From positions 1 to 25,518 of the IMG/VR virus record IMGVR_UViG_3300030389_000479: a stretch of 25,518 nt of DNA; one strand, given 5' to 3'. The notes beneath the pieces were generated by a model. The model searched no databases and had not been told where the DNA came from. It saw nothing but the letters and a program-made list of their open reading frames with translations. Every line of letters starts with the position of its first letter. Position 1 is the stretch's first letter. Shown piece by piece: positions 1-5,407 of the stretch. The stretch comes from a virus (lineage: Duplodnaviria > Caudoviricetes). The position numbers were made by a program, and so were the translations under genes.

Positions 1-131
1 GTGAGTTCGAAGTGATCAACTACATAGGGCATACCATGCTCTGAATAGTTGAGATAGTCACGACAAACTCGTACACTGTGCGTCAAGGAGTGCCACACAA
101 ATGTTCCTACATCCTCACAAGATTTCTTCAT
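1..131 (-). CDS. Hypothetical protein, running off the window edge (MKKSCEDVGTFVWHSLTHSVRVCRDYLNYSEHGMPYVVDHFEL...)
   Basis: Hand translation: ATG at 131-129 overlaps the end of the 115..510 gene, and the frame stays open to position 1. Confidence 0.6.
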   Translation of the reverse strand, partial: MKKSCEDVGTFVWHSLTHSVRVCRDYLNYSEHGMPYVVDHFEL

Positions 132-510
132 ACTTTTTGTAGTCTTTCTGCCAGAATGGTTTTTTATTTTCAGTCTTTGCTCCCAAATCTTGACCAGCAA
201 GTTCTGCGTTGTGATTGCTCATGATTTCTTTTTCGTAATCTTCTCGGAACATATACCTTGCAAAGTGAACTCCGTCTTTTGTTTCTCGGATTGCAATGAT
301 GTCTGCTCCTCGCTGGTTGAGATCATGTACTCTTGATGCTAGTCTACGGCATCCGAAAGCCAAAGCATCTTTGTCTGTAATAGAACCATGCAAGCGTATA
401 CATGCCAGAACTAATCCGCATTGTGTGTTTGCTCTTGGTTCGTTGAAGTAGTCTCGACCTATGTCATATTTCTGTAGGTCTTCCATATCTACTTTGGTAA
501 TAGTAACCAT
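115..510 (-). CDS. Winged helix-turn-helix DNA-binding protein (HTH_39-like)
   Basis: The segment TQCGLVLACIRLHGSITDKDALAFGCRRLASRVHDLNQRGADI matches the Q..(I/V)L..L...G.IT..EA...G..RLAAR(I/V).DL...G..I pattern of small phage wHTH proteins. TAATG coupling to the upstream gene. Confidence 0.75.
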   Translation of the reverse strand: MVTITKVDMEDLQKYDIGRDYFNEPRANTQCGLVLACIRLHGSITDKDALAFGCRRLASRVHDLNQRGADIIAIRETKDGVHFARYMFREDYEKEIMSNHNAELAGQDLGAKTENKKPFWQKDYKKYEEIL

Positions 511-881
511 TAGTTTACCTCCGTTACTGTTGTAGTAAATTGCAAGTCTTTGACTGGTGAGTCAGGACCACTCTCGATATGTATGTCAAGAGTGCGGCAT
601 AACTCTGGAGCATACACACGCTCGATTGTGCTGACGACTTTACCACTCTTGTCATAGAACTTGAGTGTGTAGTCATCACGCCAAGTTAGATCAACATCGA
701 CACGACCTTTGTGTATGAATCCATTGGTCTCCATTTTGATACCAGCTCTACGCTCTTTGGTTTCTGGTAGTGCATGGCAGTTGTGACCAACAATAACTCC
801 CCAGCAGTTCATTGCATTAGGGTCTGCATACTGAATCTGCTTTAGGATTTCTTTACAATAGTATAAGGTTTCGTTTGTCAT
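510..881 (-). CDS. Hypothetical phage protein (123 aa; likely start is the second Met, MTNETL)
   Basis: ORF-track 510..893. GGAG lies 6 nt before the ATG at 881. Same orientation as neighbours, with stop/start overlap to the next gene. Confidence 0.75.
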   Translation of the reverse strand: MTNETLYYCKEILKQIQYADPNAMNCWGVIVGHNCHALPETKERRAGIKMETNGFIHKGRVDVDLTWRDDYTLKFYDKSGKVVSTIERVYAPELCRTLDIHIESGPDSPVKDLQFTTTVTEVN

Positions 882-898
882 AGCTTTCTCCATTTATA

Positions 899-927
899 AG
901 TATAGTTAAATTAAGTAATAAAATCAA
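899..927 (-). promoter_or_regulatory. Sigma70-type promoter TTGATT-N17-TATACT driving the leftmost genes
   Basis: The minus strand reads TTGATT ttattacttaatttaac TATACT in an AT-rich intergenic gap. Predicted +1 is about 892-893, just before the GGAG/ATG. Confidence 0.7.
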
Positions 928-940
928 CTAGTTAAAATGT

Positions 941-973
941 CGTGTCCTATTTAATCGTATTTATTAGGACACG
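941..973. repeat. 9-bp perfect inverted repeat CGTGTCCTA / TAGGACACG (operator, terminator or processing hairpin)
   Basis: Arms at 941-949 and 965-973, between the stop of 981..1355 and the promoter at 899-927. Confidence 0.6.
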
Positions 974-980
974 GAACAAA

Positions 981-1355
981 TCATTGACCAGTCATTCGCT
1001 TCTTCATTGCAAGCAACTGGCTCTTGGCTGTCTCATCTAGTGAGCTCCCCTGACCGAAGCGATGATTGCGTCGTCTCTCGATCTCATTGTTAGCCCATAT
1101 CAATCCGCATTTCACACTGCAGAAGTTGCCAAACTTCATGATGTATTTACCAGTGTAACATTCAGTTACATAGTAAACCTTTCCATCATCTGAGTTACGT
1201 GGGGTTTCTTTTTTGATCGGTAGATTCCCACGATATTTTTCTCCAGGCTTTGTGCCATAGAATGTTTTTTTCTCAGCTTGTGCTGGTCGCTGACAGTTAT
1301 AGCAACGCACTTTATGAGATATAATTTTAGGATTAGATTGATCATCGTGTCGCAT
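981..1355 (-). CDS. Hypothetical protein with putative Zn-binding Cys motifs
   Basis: CYNC near the N-terminus and FCSVKC near the C-terminus. Overlaps the upstream gene end, as in an operon. Confidence 0.75.
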   Translation of the reverse strand: MRHDDQSNPKIISHKVRCYNCQRPAQAEKKTFYGTKPGEKYRGNLPIKKETPRNSDDGKVYYVTECYTGKYIMKFGNFCSVKCGLIWANNEIERRRNHRFGQGSSLDETAKSQLLAMKKRMTGQ

Positions 1356-1605
1356 TTAGATTACTCCCTTGATAAAGATACCAAGCTACGCCAGCCATCA
1401 TAGCATCGGTTAGCTTGTAGTATGTTCTTGATCGGTTATGTTTCAAACAGCAGACTTCATACATAGGTTTTTTGTTCTCGTCATAGGTATCCCATATTTG
1501 AATGTCACCATCTTTCTTTAGTCTGTAATATTCAACACTCGTTAACTCACTATCATACATACAATCCACACCATAGTGTTTGTATATTTCAAATAGCTTT
1601 AACAT
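1342..1605 (-). CDS. Hypothetical protein (87 aa, MLKLFEIY...)
   Basis: ORF-track 1342..1662, but AAGGAG precedes the ATG at 1605. The longer start would lie inside the hairpin element. Confidence 0.75.
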   Translation of the reverse strand: MLKLFEIYKHYGVDCMYDSELTSVEYYRLKKDGDIQIWDTYDENKKPMYEVCCLKHNRSRTYYKLTDAMMAGVAWYLYQGSNLNATR

Positions 1606-1631
1606 AGTCTTCTCCTTTTTAATTATGTTAG

Positions 1632-1722
1632 TCCGAAGAACACATGGCTTTCCAAGCGTCAAGGTCGGCGAAGCCGCCGAAGGGAAACCTTTACGCGAGA
1701 TGGAAAGACCTGTGTTATCGGA
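1632..1722. promoter_or_regulatory. Long imperfect intergenic hairpin with a branched tip of two C-GAA-G mini-hairpins (ssi/Frpo-like element or processing site)
   Basis: Nested pairs TCCGA/TCGGA, AACACA/TGTGTT, CTTTCCA/TGGAAAG, GCGT/ACGC and AAGGT/ACCTT enclose CGGC-GAA-GCCG and CC-GAA-GG. Confidence 0.6.
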
Positions 1723-1725
1723 AAC

Positions 1726-2073
1726 CTATTGTGACAATTCGCGAACAGCTTCACGCGTCATGTGATCAACAAACCAAGACATGAATGTTCCTTCTCGTGC
1801 CATTGAATGTACGAAACCTGATGAGTGTGATGCTGGATCATCTGCATATCTCATCCGATAGAACCAATTAGTTCCAAGCACATCGCATTTTTGTTTGTAA
1901 AAATATACATCAACTACTAAGTCTTCATGTTCATGATAGTGTTCACAGCTTGCATAGAAATCAACGTAGTCATCCTTCTCATAAAACTGTGGCACATACT
2001 GAATCAATTTGTATGGACGATTTAGTTTGTAGTTTTGCATTGCCAATTCTTGTGTCAATAATTTTAGTGTCAT
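1726..2073 (-). CDS. Hypothetical protein (115 aa)
   Basis: ORF with upstream GAG and an aromatic-rich, protein-like composition. Co-oriented with neighbours. Confidence 0.75.
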   Translation of the reverse strand: MTLKLLTQELAMQNYKLNRPYKLIQYVPQFYEKDDYVDFYASCEHYHEHEDLVVDVYFYKQKCDVLGTNWFYRMRYADDPASHSSGFVHSMAREGTFMSWFVDHMTREAVRELSQ

Positions 2074-2136
2074 GTTTGTAACTCACTTTCATTGATATTG
2101 ATTTTGTTTCATTTGGTCAGAAGTCGTGAAGCAATC

Positions 2137-2342
2137 TCGCGCCAACACCTAGTCACCCCAGTGGATCACCGAAGGTGATTAGTTAGCGCGATAGCATATA
2201 TTTCGCGAAGCGCAGATTAGACGCTGTCAGGCTGGCATTTAAGGGCATGGCATTGGGAGCCTGACAGCGTGCAACTCCCAGCGAGCGTCTATCAGCTCGC
2301 CGGGAGTTGCGACAATCTTAGATTGCAAATAATAAGATTGTT
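2137..2342. other. Cluster of back-to-back intergenic hairpins (structured RNA or ssDNA element)
   Basis: Stems at 2137-2146/2182-2191, 2165-2170/2174-2179, 2221-2233/2258-2270 (13 bp perfect), 2271-2286/2295-2310 (15 of 16) and 2312-2320/2333-2341. Confidence 0.65.
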
Positions 2343-2437
2343 AGGATGATGAACCCAGCGAAGATCAAGAAACCTGATAAGGTGTCGAGTATCTTCCATG
2401 CAAGGGATTTATTGTTACGATCATATCTTTTGTACAT
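2318..2437 (-). CDS. 39-aa single-pass membrane peptide MYKRYDRNNKSLAWKILDTLSGFLIFAGFIILTILLFAI
   Basis: Hand translation. AGGAG RBS, TAATG overlap with the upstream ORF, basic N-terminus and hydrophobic C-terminal helix. Below the ORF-track cutoff. Confidence 0.7.
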   Translation of the reverse strand: MYKRYDRNNKSLAWKILDTLSGFLIFAGFIILTILLFAI

Positions 2438-2601
2438 TAGTCAATCTCCTTTGATTCTTTGTAAGCAATCTCTTCTGCTGTCCATTCGGATGCACAGACG
2501 AAGATGCTTTGTTGCCAAACCTCGTCAGATGATTCATGATCTGCAAAGTTTATCATGTAGTCAAACTCTGCATCTCTGATTCGTTGTGTGGGATTAGCCA
2601 T
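2437..2601 (-). CDS. 54-aa acidic hypothetical protein MANPTQRIRDAEFDYMINFADHESSDEVWQQSIFVCASEWTAEEIAYKESKEID
   Basis: Hand translation. The start overlaps the end of 2594..2944, AGGAG lies upstream, and the stop overlaps the next ATG. Fills the gap exactly. Confidence 0.7.
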   Translation of the reverse strand: MANPTQRIRDAEFDYMINFADHESSDEVWQQSIFVCASEWTAEEIAYKESKEID

Positions 2602-2944
2602 CTACTTTCTCCTTCTTTTTACAGTTGACAATATTGTTTAGGAAAGCACTGAACTGTAGAACTATAGAGCCTTCAGTGTTGAAGATTCCTAGTGCCTCAT
2701 ATACTTGATGACCTCTTTGGTTTTGATCAAAGATGTATCTTGCAAATTTTGAGGCATGTGTTTTGTGAGCATTGAGAGTGAGTATGTATCTCAAAGCCTC
2801 TGTGAATCTTGGCTCGATGTATGCAAGGTCTTCATCGGTAGCGAAACCTTTTGCTAATATGTCTTGATGCATTGATGCAAGTGCGAACATGCAATCTTCT
2901 AGGTTATCGATTGCCTCATGATAATTTGTATCTGATATATACAT
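2594..2944 (-). CDS. Hypothetical protein (116 aa)
   Basis: ORF with AAGGAG RBS, co-oriented with neighbours. Confidence 0.8.
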   Translation of the reverse strand: MYISDTNYHEAIDNLEDCMFALASMHQDILAKGFATDEDLAYIEPRFTEALRYILTLNAHKTHASKFARYIFDQNQRGHQVYEALGIFNTEGSIVLQFSAFLNNIVNCKKKEKVDG

Positions 2945-2963
2945 TTGTAACTCCTTGATTAGT

Positions 2964-2989
2964 AGAGCCGACTCCGAAGAGCCGACTCT
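2964..2989 (-). other. 11-bp C(UUCG)G RNA hairpin between genes, with no U-tract
   Basis: The minus strand reads AGAGUCGGCUC-UUCG-GAGUCGGCUCU with two G-U pairs, which would be A-C mismatches on the + strand. Confidence 0.7.
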
Positions 2990-3001
2990 TGTTGATGTAA
3001 C

Positions 3002-3739
3002 CTACAGTTCTAGTTCTGTAGATGCTTTAGCTTTGAGACCAAGAGTCTTTTTGATCTCGTTAGCTTTAGCAGTTTGATCTTCCTTTACCTTTGTGGCAAA
3101 GTGTTGCTCAACCTTTTTGATAGTCTCAGGCTTGATGTAGATATCTCCATCATTGAGTTTCATGAACCAAGACTCTATCCAAGCTTGAAACATCTTCATC
3201 TTTACAACTGTCTCTGAGTTGTAGTTGATACGATCTTGCCTGTGATTAGCTTGACGTTCATCGAGTTGATCTTCAGCCAATGCTTTGTTCAGATTGTCCT
3301 GATCTTTCATGATCATCTGCTCAAGTCCAGTGATGGAGTTATAACTATCCATGCCAGTTGAGTTCCATAGATACTTTGGAAGTAATCTTTTGAAGCCATA
3401 CTGTCCGATTGGAACCATCTCGTCAGACTCGATGTACTCGTCATCGCCAATGCGCTTTTTGTGAACATGAGTCTTTTTACCAGCTGGATCAGCATCGATA
3501 TCAATCTGAAGATCATGCGGATTGTACCACTGACCCTCTCCCTCGAAGAACCATTCGATGTGTGCAAGCGACTTACCGATGTCCATGTCGGCGAACTGTT
3601 GATCCAAATCCTTACTCTTGGATTTGTGCATCTTGTCCAGTGATGGAGCGATGAACTTGGTACGAAAACTAGACAATTGAGAAGTACCAAATCTCAAGAG
3701 CTTTTCACATTCAGATACAATTTTAGATAGATTAGACAT
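3002..3739 (-). CDS. Hypothetical protein (245 aa), first gene of the leftward arm
   Basis: Long ORF with a strong AAGGAG RBS. Charged and probably helical. No motif recognised. Confidence 0.85.
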   Translation of the reverse strand: MSNLSKIVSECEKLLRFGTSQLSSFRTKFIAPSLDKMHKSKSKDLDQQFADMDIGKSLAHIEWFFEGEGQWYNPHDLQIDIDADPAGKKTHVHKKRIGDDEYIESDEMVPIGQYGFKRLLPKYLWNSTGMDSYNSITGLEQMIMKDQDNLNKALAEDQLDERQANHRQDRINYNSETVVKMKMFQAWIESWFMKLNDGDIYIKPETIKKVEQHFATKVKEDQTAKANEIKKTLGLKAKASTELEL

Positions 3740-3790
3740 TACTGTCTCCTTTTTAGTTAAGTTAAAATTTTGATAATACGTACACTATTT

Positions 3791-4770
3791 AATCAAAAAC
3801 AATGACCAATCCAGAACGAGAACCGATGGATATATAAAGGATTCCGACAAGGGAAAAACGAGGAGACAAATCTACCTGTCGAGGAGTATTTTCCAAACAG
3901 GTCTTAGGTATGGTTGGTTCGGTAAAAGACCTGTTTCTGTGTCGGAACGGCGAACGAAGTGTCTTGCGCCGATGAGAGAAAATCTCCCAGAATGATCAGA
4001 CGGCACACCAGCAATAGAAGTGCGTAGAAAGAGTACGTTCCGATGTGCCGAGAACCAACAGTATCATTTTCTCCAGTCCTTTTTATATCCACCCCTCTTG
4101 GGGTCTTGATCGGTTTTCGTTATGGGGAAGCGCATAGCGTAAAGCGTTGTTGCGCTGGGCAATTGGTGGGTCTTTTTTTTATTGATTGATAGAGGAGTCG
4201 TTAGGCGTTTGTGACAAAGGCGCTTGCGTCTTTGCTGGGACGCCGACCCTTTTCGTAGCACCTCCTGATCTGCGCCTATCAGCAGATCGAAAGCTGTAGA
4301 GCTTTTTGTGCATGCGTCTATCGGCATGTGCAAAAACCTACAGATTCCATGCGACCACAGAAGTCTTTGTTGGAGGTGCGGAGATTAGGGGAACGGTGGA
4401 TGTTCAGAACTGATACGGACAGAGCCATGTGGATGGTAGGCATGTCGTCTTCATCATGCCTTGCGTCCACATACAGCGGTATCTCGTCTGAATGATCAAA
4501 CTTTTCAGTCTGAAGTTTGTCGACTGCCGTTCGAGTACGGCATCGGCACCATCAGTTGCCCTACTGATTCGTGGTGTGCTGACGAGACAGCACGTCTGAT
4601 ACAGCGCGACAGAGTAACGAGCATGGTTGGTGTATTCTCATGAGCCAGACAGCGTTCTGGGAAAGATGGTTCGCCTCTATCGCGAACTTAAGTCTGTGAC
4701 TTCATCTTTTACAGGTTGTGGCTGGTGAAGTCTGCTGAGAATACAGCGTTCTGTCGATACGCTTTTTGTT
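3791..4770 (+). ncRNA. Candidate large (~1 kb), multi-domain structured non-coding RNA of unknown family
   Basis: No credible ORF. Many nested local and long-range helices, e.g. 3815-3827/4109-4121, 3828-3841/4077-4090, 4258-4265/4372-4379 and 4631-4640/4736-4745. G-U pairs favour the + strand. Confidence 0.6.
4745..4770 (+). terminator. Possible weak intrinsic terminator closing the structured region
   Basis: AGCGT-tctgtcgat-ACGCT followed by TTTTGTT. Confidence 0.35.
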
Positions 4771-4788
4771 GAATATGAAATTAATGTA

Positions 4789-4818
4789 TTGACAAGTAGA
4801 CAGAAAATACGGCACAGT
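4789..4818 (+). promoter_or_regulatory. Candidate promoter TTGACA-N18-CACAGT with AT-rich upstream element, before the terminase small subunit
   Basis: Perfect -35 at 4789-4794 and a degenerate -10 at 4813-4818. The ATG at 4826 has no SD. Confidence 0.5.
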
Positions 4819-4825
4819 TGACGGC

Positions 4826-5194
4826 ATGACACTTGTGAAGATAACCGAGAAACAGAAGAAGTTGGTTGATACGTTAGTAGCAAAAGGATGCAGTATCAAA
4901 CAAGCAAGTGATGAAGCTGGATACGCAAAGGGTGAATCAGGCAGAGTAACTGCTAGCAAGGCTTTGAGAACACCACATGTGCAACAGTACATGATGCAAG
5001 CAATAGCAGACAACATGAGTATAAATGCTACGAAAGCGTTGAATAAGATAGTACAGCTATCAAGCAATGCTAAGTCTGAATACGTTAGCCTTGAAGCTAG
5101 TAAAGATTTGCTTGATCGTGCTGGGTTTAAAGCACCAGATAAGGTGATGCATAGCCATGTTGGTAATGTCAATGTAAAGATTGATTTGTCTTGA
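4826..5194 (+). CDS. terS: Terminase small subunit
   Basis: N-terminal HTH pattern (TEKQKKLVDTLVAKGCSIKQASDEAGY...ASKALRTPHV), the ASKDLLDRAG motif, and position upstream of terL. Confidence 0.75.
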   Translation: MTLVKITEKQKKLVDTLVAKGCSIKQASDEAGYAKGESGRVTASKALRTPHVQQYMMQAIADNMSINATKALNKIVQLSSNAKSEYVSLEASKDLLDRAGFKAPDKVMHSHVGNVNVKIDLS

Positions 5195-5226
5195 TGCTTC
5201 TCTGTATACCATACGAGCTAGTGAAA

Positions 5227-5331
5227 GTATTTGCTTGTGACGCTTGCGGAGCGCGCAAATACACAGATATATATTGTCGTTGGCTTGCAATATCCTACTA
5301 ACGCAGTGGGGGGTAAAAATTGGCAAGCCAA
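5227..5331. repeat. Two inverted-repeat hairpins in the spacer downstream of terS
   Basis: GTATTTGC/GCAAATAC (5227-5234/5255-5262) and TTGGCTTGC/GCAAGCCAA (5280-5288/5323-5331). Confidence 0.55.
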
Positions 5332-5407
5332 TGACACGCAATGGTCTTGCCCTCACATTATTCTTGAAAAAAGCTCGTTATTGTTTTAAGCCTAGAAGAA
5401 AAGGAGC

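Noticed and set aside
2346-3690. ORFs 2346..2579, 3313..3690, 3409..3654 and 3461..3643
   Set aside because: Antisense or alternate-frame overlaps of better-supported, RBS-led minus-strand genes.
1704-3946. Similar words AAAGACCTGTGTTATCGGA (1704-1722) and AAAGACCTGTTTCTGTGTCGGA (3925-3946)
   Set aside because: Only a 10-nt exact match, and the pairing contexts differ. Insufficient to claim homology.
4642-4672. GAGCCA...TGGTTC resembles the base of group II intron domain V
   Set aside because: No upper stem with a GNRA loop or AC bulge, no domain VI, no RT ORF and no interrupted host gene. A competing CCAGA/TCTGG hairpin explains the sequence.
3791-4770. tRNA, tmRNA, RNase P RNA, group I intron or CRISPR array as the identity of the structured region
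   Set aside because: I saw no cloverleaf/T-loop with acceptor stem, no GAGGAAAGUCC, no recognisable P7 core, and no regularly spaced direct repeats. Only by-eye exclusion was possible.
3904-4883. Short ORFs 3904..4092, 4064..4333, 4461..4643 and 4677..4883
   Set aside because: No convincing RBS, atypical composition, and not coupled to neighbours. Likely chance ORFs in GC-richer structured DNA.
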